The notes below the pieces were generated by a model. The model had not been told where the DNA came from. It ran no database searches and worked only from the letters and a program-made list of their open reading frames with translations. The position numbers were made by a program, and so were the translations under genes. From an uncultured Staphylococcaceae bacterium (GTDB taxonomy: Bacteria > Bacillota_I > Bacilli_A > RFN20 > CAG-826), in the NCBI GenBank assembly GCA_964416025.1, contig CAYQCJ010000003.1, positions 7,603 through 71,602 of the forward strand: 64,000 nucleotides of DNA, read 5' to 3'. Below, piece by piece: positions 29,200 to 39,682 of this stretch. Each line of letters opens with the position of its first letter. The first letter of the stretch is position 1.

Positions 29200-29218
29200 A
29201 TTAGTCAAAATTGATCAA

Positions 29219-32077
29219 CTATTTAATAGTAATAGCACCACCACCAGCATATGACTTAAGAATGAATGTATAATAAGTCATTTCAAATTCTAAGCCAGAT
29301 GAAGTCTTGATATTGTATGTCAAATAAACATCGACCATATAGTAATACTTAGAATAAGAAGCAGGTACTACAGGAGTATCGAATTCTTTTGGACATACGA
29401 ATTGAGCAGTTGTGCAAACAGTTCCATCAGTTGCTTTATCATCGGTCTTAACAGTTGCAGAAGATAAGACATCTTTAGAAATATCACCAGTTCCAGATCC
29501 GCTATTTGTAGCATAATCTTCAAGGTTAATTGACTTTAATGTAGCAGTAACACCTTCAGCAGCAATAGCAGTCCAGAATAATTTAAATGTAGCAGTTTTA
29601 GCAGTATCATCAAGAGTTACTTTACTATCTGATAATCCTTTAACAGTTAATGGAGTAAAGCTTTCTCCCTCAACAGCACATGTTCCACTGGTTCCAGCTT
29701 CCCACAATGCATCGAATGACCATGTTTTACCATCATATACTATATCTCCATCATCAACTGATGTATCAACACCCCAGTTAAGACAGAATCCAGATCTATT
29801 ATCAGAACATAAGACTTGGAAGAACTCTAATGGCCAAGCTTGCATACCGGTAATAGCACCCATACCTAAATCGAATTGACCATAATTAAGAGCATCATAC
29901 ATAGCATCACTATCGGAACCAGCAACAGAGTTGGTGATTCTTAATTGAATACGTGGATCAACTGAATTGAATGCATCCACCATGTTTTTAGTGACAGGTT
30001 CACCCATTCTAGTTTGAACACTAGCAGACATCCATTTAGCACTAAGATCAATATAAGAAGGATTCTCTTTTGTACCTAATGCATAGTGACCAGCAGCAAT
30101 TTCTTCTTGAATAGCTAATTTAAACATTGTTTTAGCAGCATCAACGTTATAACCATATTGTTCAGGATATCTATCTTTAATAGCGTTCTTATGAGCATCA
30201 CTTTCGTAATAATAATGATTTTCACCAGCATCATCAGTAAAGTAATAAGCGTGTGATAAATAATCTTGTGATGGAGTGAAGTTTTGGCTATCAGCTAAAG
30301 TTGCTCTATCAACAGCATAATATAATCCATCAAGGAAATGTTGATTGGACATAATAGGTTTGACTTTCCAATACTTATCTTTTGATGTACTAATAATTGT
30401 TCCGTTTTCACCAAACAATTCTTCCCAGAGATCTTCATTACAAGCATTGACATTAATCTTCCATGTTGTTTGTTCAGGAATTTCAACAGTTCTTGGATCG
30501 GATTTATATTGATTTAAATAAGTTCCAGGAATTGAACATGAATCAAGTTTGTTGTTTAAGAATTCTTTGAAGGCAGCTTCAGTATCACTCTTAGCTGCGG
30601 CAAGAATATCAGTATGAATACCAGCAATATTCCACATACCGGTGGTAGCTGTATCTTCAATCCAACTTGGATTACGTTTATAAGTAATCATTCCGTCTTT
30701 TTCCCAATATTCAAGGGTATAAGCACCAAGTGATAATGTTGTATCAACTGGACTTAATGAATTATCTTCACTGAAATATCCATATTTATCAGCACCACCA
30801 ACCAATTTGATGAAATCCATTGGTAATGGTTCCCACATCATATCGCCTAAATTTGATTTAGCATCACTAACTGTAATAGCTTTACTTAAATTTATTTGAA
30901 TGAAGCTTCCGCCATCATCTGTTCCAACAGAAACACCGACATCTTTTGTAAATTCAGTATTAGCGGCATCATCCCAAGCATTCCAATCTGATGAAGCGTT
31001 CCAATATGTAGCGGCACCAGCAACTGGTCTAGCATAATCAGCAGCGACTTGTTCAGCACCTCTATATAAATTGTACTTTTTGGTGAATAAGCACTTAAAT
31101 GGAGTTAAATAATCTTCAAGTTCAACGCCCCTATCGTTATAAGCAGCATATTTAGATTTACTTGATAAGTTACCATACTTTAATCCATCAGCTTTAGTCT
31201 TAACATAAAGTTTAAACTTTGTTGCTTTTGGAGAAGTATCAGCACTTGGATCAATAGCAGTCCAGTTATCTTGGCCATCTTTAGCTAAGACTGGATAATA
31301 TTCATAATCATCTTTTGTATCATTAAGTTTGACACCGAAATATTGCGAACCAATATTGCCACTCATATCAGAAACTGTGGAAGAATTGGAGTTCCAAACA
31401 TTGATATTATGTGGATCTTCTGTTTGGTAATCGTGGTAATACATATTGTATTTAGCAATACTTTCACCTGATAAGGCACTTGTTAATTTACCATATTGAA
31501 GAATACCGAAACCGTAATCCTTAATATATGTTTCAACACCCTTTTGAACACGGGAATTATACATAATATGAGAACCATCGCCACAAAGTGGAATTCCGGT
31601 TAAATATTTATCTTGAGCATACTTTTCAAGAACAGCCAAAATATCTTGTTTTACTTCATATCCATCACCAGAATAATCGAAATAACCAGTAGCTTTTGCA
31701 CCTGAAACTCTAACTTTAATACTGTTAGCAGCATCGGTTGCATCTTCTACAACAATAATACTTGCACTACCTGTTTTAACTGCTTTAACTGCACCATTAG
31801 CATCAACGGTCACAACAGATGGATCCGAAGATGAAAAACTATAACTTGGTGTTACAGTACTTGGCATTTTAACATCAGAAATAACGATTGAATCAGTACC
31901 ACCAACAGCTAATTCTGCTGAGCCACTATTCAATGCGACTTTGAAACTTGCATCAGCAGCATCGATGTCATCAACAGGTACAACTGCCGATGGACTACAA
32001 GATGTTGAGACTGCAAATATAGTCGAAAATGTTGCTATAGTAAGCAACAAAGCTTGACTTTTGCTTTTTCTTTTCAT
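29219..32077 (-). CDS. oppA: enlarged oligopeptide-binding lipoprotein (OppA-like) with an N-terminal Big_2-like domain
   Basis: First gene of the oppBCDF cluster. Lipobox (AVSTSCSPS). Ig-like segment VKAVKTGSASIIVVEDATDAANSIKVRV. The likely start is ATG 32077 (MKRKSKS), 7 nt after an AGGAGA SD. The family-5 SBP assignment rests mainly on operon context. Confidence 0.65.
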   Translation of the reverse strand: MKRKSKSQALLLTIATFSTIFAVSTSCSPSAVVPVDDIDAADASFKVALNSGSAELAVGGTDSIVISDVKMPSTVTPSYSFSSSDPSVVTVDANGAVKAVKTGSASIIVVEDATDAANSIKVRVSGAKATGYFDYSGDGYEVKQDILAVLEKYAQDKYLTGIPLCGDGSHIMYNSRVQKGVETYIKDYGFGILQYGKLTSALSGESIAKYNMYYHDYQTEDPHNINVWNSNSSTVSDMSGNIGSQYFGVKLNDTKDDYEYYPVLAKDGQDNWTAIDPSADTSPKATKFKLYVKTKADGLKYGNLSSKSKYAAYNDRGVELEDYLTPFKCLFTKKYNLYRGAEQVAADYARPVAGAATYWNASSDWNAWDDAANTEFTKDVGVSVGTDDGGSFIQINLSKAITVSDAKSNLGDMMWEPLPMDFIKLVGGADKYGYFSEDNSLSPVDTTLSLGAYTLEYWEKDGMITYKRNPSWIEDTATTGMWNIAGIHTDILAAAKSDTEAAFKEFLNNKLDSCSIPGTYLNQYKSDPRTVEIPEQTTWKINVNACNEDLWEELFGENGTIISTSKDKYWKVKPIMSNQHFLDGLYYAVDRATLADSQNFTPSQDYLSHAYYFTDDAGENHYYYESDAHKNAIKDRYPEQYGYNVDAAKTMFKLAIQEEIAAGHYALGTKENPSYIDLSAKWMSASVQTRMGEPVTKNMVDAFNSVDPRIQLRITNSVAGSDSDAMYDALNYGQFDLGMGAITGMQAWPLEFFQVLCSDNRSGFCLNWGVDTSVDDGDIVYDGKTWSFDALWEAGTSGTCAVEGESFTPLTVKGLSDSKVTLDDTAKTATFKLFWTAIAAEGVTATLKSINLEDYATNSGSGTGDISKDVLSSATVKTDDKATDGTVCTTAQFVCPKEFDTPVVPASYSKYYYMVDVYLTYNIKTSSGLEFEMTYYTFILKSYAGGGAITIK

Positions 32078-32193
32078 AAACAAATCTCCTTTAATAAATT
32101 ATTATGAAATTACTTAAAAACATTAGTGATTAATTGCTTTTGAGTAATGCTAGTATTGTAATTATTGAATAGTTAAAAAAATAAAAGAATTTA

Positions 32194-32220
32194 AAAATCT
32201 TAATACCAAATTAATATTTT
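32194..32220 (-). repeat. operon-end motif, half-conserved copy E
   Basis: AAAATCTTAATACCAAATTAATATTTT lies 5 nt 3' of the stop at 32226. It shares the AAAATC..TTA..AAATTAAT..TTT pattern with copy D. Confidence 0.4.
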
Positions 32221-32225
32221 GAATT

Positions 32226-32654
32226 TTATAAAGTCGCGTAAAAAATAATTATGCAAATTATAGAAGTTATTAAATATACGGCTGCAGCGACATAAAAAGG
32301 AACAAAATTAAATCTATTTGTCTTTCTTTTTTCGACACGAACTTGTGTATATTCATAAAGATCTTTATATTTTTTTTGACCACCTTTTTTCCAAGTAGCC
32401 CTTAAATTTGCAACATTATAGCCTAAAGCATCAAAGGTTCCAAAATTTCCAATGATCTGAAAACTGCCAACTCCAAAGAGTACACCAAAAGCACCTAGAG
32501 CGGCATCACAAGCCGAAATCAAGGTTACACCTTTTAACAAGAATATTAATAAAAATACTGCTCCTCCAATTATTATATAAAGTAAGGATAATAGAAAATT
32601 AAAAAATATTTTGTTATCAGTTAGTTTCTTCTCTTCAGTTTCGTTATTTGGCAT
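32226..32654 (-). CDS. small membrane protein, DUF3899-like
   Basis: Two N-terminal TM helices, a basic loop (WKKGGQKKYKDLYEY) and a C-terminal TM helix. Its start overlaps the S8 protease 3' end by 11 nt. Confidence 0.55.
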   Translation of the reverse strand: MPNNETEEKKLTDNKIFFNFLLSLLYIIIGGAVFLLIFLLKGVTLISACDAALGAFGVLFGVGSFQIIGNFGTFDALGYNVANLRATWKKGGQKKYKDLYEYTQVRVEKRKTNRFNFVPFYVAAAVYLITSIICIIIFYATL

Positions 32655-35600
32655 TCTTCATTCCTTTTTTCTTAATTAAAATAATTACAATTATTATAGC
32701 AGCAATAAAGACAACTCCACCAATAGAAAGTCCAATAATTAGACCTAATTTAGAATCATTTTTTGGAGTAACCACTTCTGGAGCAATATATTTATAAGTA
32801 ACATTTAAAACTCCGGTAGTTGTTGTAACTAATAATGAGGATTCATCAATTATCGAGAAGACTGCATCACTTAAAGTAGAATCATAGCCAACTTCTTTAA
32901 TTGTTATATCATTTGCTAAAACTGAAGCATTTTCTGCAATATTAAAAACAATTTGGTGACTTCCTAATTTTAATTCTTTGCCTCTAGCATCCGTAACCAC
33001 GGAAGAATAAACATTTGTGAAATACCCATCAACAACTTCGCCATTAGTAATGGTCAAACTTGTTGAATAAGTAGATTTTAAGGCATCATCAAATACACCA
33101 TATCCACTTGTAGCTATATCATCAAGATTAAATAGTTCTGTTGTCGAAAGGTCTATTAAATTAGTAACTACTAATAAAATTCTACCTTTCTTTTCATAAT
33201 CGGCGTATGGAATATCAACATATTTATCATCACCATCTTCAACAAGAGTCATTTCATCGCCACTTGCTGTGACAGATGTAATATCATCACCTGAAATATG
33301 GGCTCTAACATATTTAACTCCGTCTTTATCAATAATTTCTTTCTTATTAATACTAGGAGCAGTTGCAATTCCTTCTTTTACAATCAACTTATAAGACTTA
33401 GTGACAATTGATCCTGCTGCTAAATCATAACTAAATTTAAAAGTATACGTTCCTTCAGGATAAATTAACTTTCCAGTTGAGGCATTTATTATTGGCATCG
33501 AAAGAAACGCTCTATGGCAATCGTAAGTATTGTTATTTCCGACTGTTTCTGATGTTATACAAGATTTGTATAATCTACCACTTGTATCTGTGTTTTTAGT
33601 TTGTGAAATATCACTAAGTTTCCCAGTATATACAACTTCTCCAGTTGAATCGTTAGTCATGGTAACAGTATTATCAACAACACTTCTATAAACCAATTGT
33701 TGAACCGCCATATAATTTGATTTTCCAGTTATACCAACCACCAAACTACCATCTTCTTGACGTGTTATATTGGTTCCATAACTATAAACGGAAGCACCAT
33801 TACTTCTAATTTTATTAACAGCCACATCATTAATAGTATTTTCAGAAACTACCCAAGCACTTGCAAAATCAACTACTTGGTTGCTATAAAATGTTTTATA
33901 AAAAGAATTTATAACATCTGAACCATATTTTTTAGTTGAATCTTTTTCGAAATCAAATTTTTCAACTGCTTCAGCACTTGAATAATCTCCATAAAATCCC
34001 ATATAAGGAATTGATAAATCAGGATCGGAACTTTCGACGGAATCTAAGATTACATAACCCTCTAAATATGTTCCGTTTGGAAAATTTGCTAAAACCGTTT
34101 TAGTTGCATCAGTTATTGAATGATTAACATTAAATGTTCCGTCACCAGCGGCAATATTAATTGTTCCTAAGTCGACAGTTTCGTTCAAAGTATCGAATAA
34201 AGATTGATAACTATTCTCAGAAACTAAAGCAGGAGATTCCACATATAATTTTGCATTATAGGATTTACTTAAAGTAGATTCATTGTGTGTTTTAACATCA
34301 AATTTAATGTTTCCTTTGGCAATATCACTATTGTTTTTAAGTTCAACTTTAGCTTTTAAATCAGCACTTTCTAAATAAACATCACTATTGATTGAAGAAC
34401 CGATGTCAACTAAACCAGCACCTTGCTTTCTTGGTGTATAAAAACCTCCAACATATTGCTCGTAAGGATGAGCTGTTGACATAGTACGCATAGCAATGGT
34501 TTTCTTATAAGCAGTTCTTTCTTCTTCAGTAGCAAAAGTTGAACTACTTAAAATATTAGCGACAGCACCAGCATAATTTGGTGCAGCCATACTAGTTCCG
34601 CTCAAATAACCATATTGAATTTTTGATGAATCAGCATTATAAATTGCACCCCAAATATTAGTTCCAGGAGCAATAATATCAGGATTTAAACCTAAATCAA
34701 AAGTCGCTCCATCACTTGAAAAAGCACTTACTTTTTGATTGTAATAAGAAGACTTCGCCGATTTAGAATCATCAGCCAGTACACTACTAGCAACTATCAT
34801 TGGTTTATCATAATTAGCGTAACTTCCTAGAATTCCAGTCTCAACATTATCTAAACTCCATTTATCATAATCGCCAAAGTCATTTGTTTGATTCGAATCT
34901 TTAATAAAGTTAGATTTTCCATCATTACCTGCACTAATCGAACAAGTTACACCCAATTCTTCCAATTTCTCAATTATTAAATAAGAAGCAGAAGTTTTTT
35001 CATCAGGATTATCCTCATTAGATGATCCTAAAGACATGTTAACAACATCAACACCTAATAAATAAGCATCATTTAAAGCGGTAATAATTGTTGAATCGCT
35101 TGCTCCGCTCGATGAATTAGAAAACACTTTCATTAAAGCAACTTGCGCTTTAGGAGCAATTCCAGTATAACTTCCATTTCCAGCAGCTATCGAGGTAACA
35201 TGGACTCCGTGATATTCCTTAGGATTTAAAACATCATTGTCTTTATCGGCATAGTCATAATAATAAGGAACTTTTGTATTGTAATAATTTCCGGCAGTTC
35301 CACTAAAACCATTTACTGCAGTTAATGTATCAATTTGTGATTTGGTGTAGCGAGCATCGCTAGCATCAAGAGCTTGAAGTGAGTCGTGATCAACTTGAAA
35401 AGAATTATCTAAAACAGCAATCAATGTTCCTTTTCCAGCACCATTTGTTTCAGGCACTTTCATATCCACACGAGAAAAATTTTCTGATGGAGCAACATCA
35501 GTTTGATCTGCATTAAAACTATTTGAAGTCTCACAAGGTTGATAAGTTAATGATTTAGATGCATACGATACGTATTGCATATTTTTAATAGCATTAATAT

Positions 35601-35868
35601 CCTTGTTATTTACTTTTAAAACCAACATATTGGAGATAGCATCAAGAGATTTTGTGACATCAAAATTAAAACCAATTGTGTTTCGTAATTGATGAATAAA
35701 TTCATTTTTTGTTCTAACCCTATCTTCTTTATTAGCACCATAAACATCTTTTAATTCGACAATAAACTCTGTATCTTTCTCAGCTAAAGGTTCTGTTTGT
35801 GAAATAGGAGATAGAGCAAACATAGCCACAGTCGCAGAAATAATCAAAAAACAATTTTTAACTTTCAT
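32644..35868 (-). CDS. cell-envelope subtilisin-like serine protease (S8 family), membrane-anchored
   Basis: Signal peptide and I9-like propeptide. Catalytic triad contexts: Asp in IAVLDNSFQVDHDSL, His in HGVHVTSIAAGNG, Ser in LSGTSMAAPNYAGAVANI. The long C-terminal region ends in a TM helix plus KKKGMKNAK. Confidence 0.85.
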   Translation of the reverse strand: MKVKNCFLIISATVAMFALSPISQTEPLAEKDTEFIVELKDVYGANKEDRVRTKNEFIHQLRNTIGFNFDVTKSLDAISNMLVLKVNNKDINAIKNMQYVSYASKSLTYQPCETSNSFNADQTDVAPSENFSRVDMKVPETNGAGKGTLIAVLDNSFQVDHDSLQALDASDARYTKSQIDTLTAVNGFSGTAGNYYNTKVPYYYDYADKDNDVLNPKEYHGVHVTSIAAGNGSYTGIAPKAQVALMKVFSNSSSGASDSTIITALNDAYLLGVDVVNMSLGSSNEDNPDEKTSASYLIIEKLEELGVTCSISAGNDGKSNFIKDSNQTNDFGDYDKWSLDNVETGILGSYANYDKPMIVASSVLADDSKSAKSSYYNQKVSAFSSDGATFDLGLNPDIIAPGTNIWGAIYNADSSKIQYGYLSGTSMAAPNYAGAVANILSSSTFATEEERTAYKKTIAMRTMSTAHPYEQYVGGFYTPRKQGAGLVDIGSSINSDVYLESADLKAKVELKNNSDIAKGNIKFDVKTHNESTLSKSYNAKLYVESPALVSENSYQSLFDTLNETVDLGTINIAAGDGTFNVNHSITDATKTVLANFPNGTYLEGYVILDSVESSDPDLSIPYMGFYGDYSSAEAVEKFDFEKDSTKKYGSDVINSFYKTFYSNQVVDFASAWVVSENTINDVAVNKIRSNGASVYSYGTNITRQEDGSLVVGITGKSNYMAVQQLVYRSVVDNTVTMTNDSTGEVVYTGKLSDISQTKNTDTSGRLYKSCITSETVGNNNTYDCHRAFLSMPIINASTGKLIYPEGTYTFKFSYDLAAGSIVTKSYKLIVKEGIATAPSINKKEIIDKDGVKYVRAHISGDDITSVTASGDEMTLVEDGDDKYVDIPYADYEKKGRILLVVTNLIDLSTTELFNLDDIATSGYGVFDDALKSTYSTSLTITNGEVVDGYFTNVYSSVVTDARGKELKLGSHQIVFNIAENASVLANDITIKEVGYDSTLSDAVFSIIDESSLLVTTTTGVLNVTYKYIAPEVVTPKNDSKLGLIIGLSIGGVVFIAAIIIVIILIKKKGMKNAK

Positions 35869-35986
35869 AATCGACCCCCATATTTTATTTATTATAACAA
35901 CAAAAAAATTTTTGTCTTTATAAATATAAAGTTTTTTATTTCATTATTAATATGTAACTTTAACGGTCGTTATTACAAAACAAAGT

Positions 35987-37603
35987 TTATTCTTTTTCTA
36001 CGTAAGTGACATTTGAAATAGTTTTCTTCTCACAATCATAATTGCATCTAATTTTTGTAATTTCTTTATATTCAGTATCAGAAATATAAGCGTGATATGA
36101 ATTGTCGCTAGAAAAATTAATGGTAAAATCATAAACAGTTAAAACACCATTAGTTATTGAAAGATTATTAGAATAACTCGAAACTTCAATGTCTTTATTC
36201 TCTTTTACACAATGAACATATCCAGTTCCATCATCATTTAAGGTTATAGTATCACCATTATCAAGATCACCAATTGTTGAACCTAAAGAAAATTGCACTC
36301 TATCTTCTAATACGCTTTCAGTCATAAAATCAATTATAGTAATCGTTTTATCTTTTATATTTAAAATAAAACGCGTGTATAAAGAGCCTTTATTAACAAT
36401 TATTTCGTATTTTCCTTCTTCAACAATTAAATCCGTCTCCTTATCGTAAGTAAATTTCTCAGATATATAACAATTATTCAAACTTATATTGATATCTTTT
36501 CCATAGTAATTCATCAACAAAGTCTTGTCTTCATTAACTTTAAGAGAGCCGCTATAAATTCCGTCTTGAATAAAGGTTTGATCTATTGTTTCTTTCAAAA
36601 ACTTCTCAGCATCATATGAGGAACTCTCAAAAATCAAATCTTTAAAATTTAAATTAAGTTCTTTTATAATAGAATATAAAGTTTCGTTTTCGAATTCACT
36701 TTGTTCATAAAAATAAACAATTCCTTCTTGCACTTTATAATGATAAAAAGCATTTGATCCGGTGTTGAAATCGTAATATCCCTTGCTAATCCCCTCTGTT
36801 TTAGATAAATACCATAAATCTACTTTATCGTTTTCTTTGAAGGTAAATTTAAGAGTGTTTGTTATTGTTTGCTTTTTACCTAAATCTAGATCTTCGGAAT
36901 TTTCTACACCATTAAACGTATATTCTTTCCCAATTTCAAAATTGGCAGTTGAGGAAATTATTGTTGATTCATCACTTGGTTTTGATGCCACAATTGTGTA
37001 ATCATTTAGAAGATACCCAACTCCAACATTTCTTGTACCAATATCATTTGCATCATGAGCAGCAATCCAAAAATAATTACCAGTCTGAAAAGAAAAAATA
37101 TCAGTAGAGGCTGAGGTTAATACTTCTTCAAGAATATTTTTAGTTTTAATTATAAGAGTCTCGTCCTCATTTAGTTGATACGACTCTTTTATGGTACTAA
37201 CAAATTTTCCGTCCTTTATATTTGTTTCATATTTACGACCTTCACCAAACGAGTCTTGATAAGTTTGATAAATAGTAAAAACCACTGTAAAGGTGCCATA
37301 TTTTTCTGAAAAATATGTTTTTAAACCATCATCATATGTTCCTTGATCATTTATTTTTGGTTCTATAAAAGTACACACATAATTTTCGTTATCTAACTTG
37401 GGAATAACTTCAGTATGTTCTTCATTAGTTACAGAATTCTTGTAAGTTTTTGAACCATCTTTTTCTTCAGTTGGATCAACAGAGCTAATTAATTCATCAA
37501 TTCCTTCAACATCTTCAATGCCAGTACCACAAGAGCCTAAAAATGCAAAACAAAAAGAACTAGCAACTAATAAAATCGCAAATTTTTTCTTAAATTTTAA
37601 CAT
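35987..37603 (-). CDS. lipoprotein, unknown function
   Basis: The likely start is ATG 37603 (MLKFKKKFAILLVASSFCFAFLGSCGTG) after a CAAAGGAG SD. The track ORF extends to 37624. Confidence 0.7.
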   Translation of the reverse strand: MLKFKKKFAILLVASSFCFAFLGSCGTGIEDVEGIDELISSVDPTEEKDGSKTYKNSVTNEEHTEVIPKLDNENYVCTFIEPKINDQGTYDDGLKTYFSEKYGTFTVVFTIYQTYQDSFGEGRKYETNIKDGKFVSTIKESYQLNEDETLIIKTKNILEEVLTSASTDIFSFQTGNYFWIAAHDANDIGTRNVGVGYLLNDYTIVASKPSDESTIISSTANFEIGKEYTFNGVENSEDLDLGKKQTITNTLKFTFKENDKVDLWYLSKTEGISKGYYDFNTGSNAFYHYKVQEGIVYFYEQSEFENETLYSIIKELNLNFKDLIFESSSYDAEKFLKETIDQTFIQDGIYSGSLKVNEDKTLLMNYYGKDINISLNNCYISEKFTYDKETDLIVEEGKYEIIVNKGSLYTRFILNIKDKTITIIDFMTESVLEDRVQFSLGSTIGDLDNGDTITLNDDGTGYVHCVKENKDIEVSSYSNNLSITNGVLTVYDFTINFSSDNSYHAYISDTEYKEITKIRCNYDCEKKTISNVTYVEKE

Positions 37604-37813
37604 ACTAATCTCCTTTGAAAGCAAAATACAAATTATCTTTATTTTTCCATATTTTTAATTATTTTTGAATATCAACTTTTAATAAGTTTCGATTTTTAAA
37701 AATTAAAATGACATATTTCTATAGAATTTAAGCCAAAAATCAATAATTTATTTATATTTATATATAAATATGATAGAATTATAACCGCTTTTTTAATAAG
37801 GGAGGTACCACTT

Positions 37814-39640
37814 ATGAATATTAGAAATGTCGCAATTATAGCCCACGTTGACCATGGAAAGACCACTTTAGTCAATGAATTACTTAAGTGCAGTGGTACT
37901 TTTAGAGAAAATGAAAATACTTCCAACTTATCAATGGATAGCGATCCAATTGAAAGAGAAAGAGGAATTACTATATTAGCTAAAACCACCAGTGTCATGT
38001 ATAAAGATTGTAAGATTAACATTCTTGACACTCCAGGGCATGCTGATTTCGGCGGCGAAGTCGAAAGAATTATGCACATGGTTGATGGATGTTTACTTTT
38101 AGTTGATGCTTTCGAAGGCACAATGCCACAAACAAGATTCGTCTTAAAGAAAGCCATTCAAGCTCACGTAAAACCAATTGTTATTATTAATAAGGTAGAT
38201 AGAGCCAATGCTAATCCAAGTAAAGCTGTTGATGAAGTTTTACAATTATTTATGGAACTTGGTGCTACCGACGATTTACTTGATTTCAAAGTTGCTTATA
38301 CTAGTGCTTTAAACGGAACAAGTTCACTTGATCCATCTCCAAGCAGTCAAAAACCAGGAATGAGTTGTATTTTCGACTTAATTCTTGATCAAATACCAGA
38401 ACCACAAGTCACAGTCGATGGTCCACTTCAAATGCAAGATGCCCTTCTCGACTATAATGATTATGTTGGAAGAATGGGCGTTGGCCGTGTTCAAAGAGGT
38501 ACACTTCATTTGAATGATATCGTTACTTGTGCACGTCTTGACGGAACCCAAAAACAATTTAAGATTTTAAAATTAATGGGCTATAGAGGATTCTCTAGAG
38601 TCGAAATTAAAGAGTGTTCTGCTGGTGATATTTGTGCTTTTGCCGGTTTAGCCGACTTAAACGTTGGAGAAACAATCTGTGATCCAAATTGTGTTGAAGC
38701 TCTTCCTAAATTGCACATTGATGAACCAACATTACAAATGACTTTCGGTGTTAATTCTTCGCCATTCAGCGGAAAAGACGGAAAATTATTAACTGCTCGT
38801 CAAATCGAAGATAGATTAAATAAAGAAGTTCAAAGAGATGTTTCACTTCGTGTTCAAAGAGTCCCAAATACTGAAACTTGGGTCGTTTCTGGAAGAGGCG
38901 AATTACACCTTGGTATCTTAATTGAAAATATGAGACGTGAAGGCTTCGAACTTGAAGTTTCTCGTCCAAAAGTCATCATTAAAGAAATTGATGGTGTCAA
39001 ATGTGAACCATACGAAGATTTAAGTATTGAGGTACCAAACGATTTCGTCGGTGATATTATGACTTCATTAGGAAGTCGTGATGCTACCCTTATCGATATG
39101 GATGCTAACGATACAAACACAAAAATCAACTATGTTATTCCATCACGTGGATTAATTGGATTTGTTTCAAATTTCTTAACCTTAACAAAAGGATACGGAA
39201 TTATTGCTCATACATTCAACGAATTTAGACCAGTTGTAGCTGCTGCTAAGATTGGTGAAAGACAAATTGGTGTTCTTGTATCAACTGATACTGGACCAGC
39301 CACTCCTTACGCTATGGAGCACGTTGAAGAAAGAGGTGTTATGTTTATTCACCCAACCGATCCTATTTATGAGGGTATGATTGTTGGAGAAAATAAGTAC
39401 GATACTGATTTAGCAGTCAATGTCTGCCAAACCAAAAACTTAACTAACCAACGTAGTGCTAATAAGAATCAAACAGTTGTCTTAAAGACTCCTAGAAAAC
39501 TTACTCTTGAAGCTTGCTTAGATTATATTAACTCAGATGAATTAGTTGAAATCACTCCAAACTTCTTCCGTATGAGAAAGAGAATTCTCGGACTTGCTGA
39601 TCGTAAAAAATACGAAGCAAAATTCAAAAAAGAATTATAG
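37814..39640 (+). CDS. typA: translational GTPase TypA/BipA
   Basis: G motifs AHVDHGKTT, DTPGH and NKVD, and overall EF-G-like architecture without domain IV. GGAGG SD. Confidence 0.95.
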   Translation: MNIRNVAIIAHVDHGKTTLVNELLKCSGTFRENENTSNLSMDSDPIERERGITILAKTTSVMYKDCKINILDTPGHADFGGEVERIMHMVDGCLLLVDAFEGTMPQTRFVLKKAIQAHVKPIVIINKVDRANANPSKAVDEVLQLFMELGATDDLLDFKVAYTSALNGTSSLDPSPSSQKPGMSCIFDLILDQIPEPQVTVDGPLQMQDALLDYNDYVGRMGVGRVQRGTLHLNDIVTCARLDGTQKQFKILKLMGYRGFSRVEIKECSAGDICAFAGLADLNVGETICDPNCVEALPKLHIDEPTLQMTFGVNSSPFSGKDGKLLTARQIEDRLNKEVQRDVSLRVQRVPNTETWVVSGRGELHLGILIENMRREGFELEVSRPKVIIKEIDGVKCEPYEDLSIEVPNDFVGDIMTSLGSRDATLIDMDANDTNTKINYVIPSRGLIGFVSNFLTLTKGYGIIAHTFNEFRPVVAAAKIGERQIGVLVSTDTGPATPYAMEHVEERGVMFIHPTDPIYEGMIVGENKYDTDLAVNVCQTKNLTNQRSANKNQTVVLKTPRKLTLEACLDYINSDELVEITPNFFRMRKRILGLADRKKYEAKFKKEL

Positions 39641-39650
39641 ATTAATTTCA

Positions 39651-39682
39651 AAAACCACTGCCAATCGGCAGTGGTTTTGTTT
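39651..39682. terminator. bidirectional terminator between typA and the FtsX permease gene
   Basis: AAAACCACTGCC-AATC-GGCAGTGGTTTT followed by GTTTT. Confidence 0.8.

Noticed and set aside
37696-38157. 153-aa minus-strand ORF overlapping the typA promoter and 5' end
   Set aside because: It is antisense to a confidently identified GTPase gene. Its composition is low-complexity and hydrophobic, as expected from the reverse frame of an AT-rich gene, and it has no SD.
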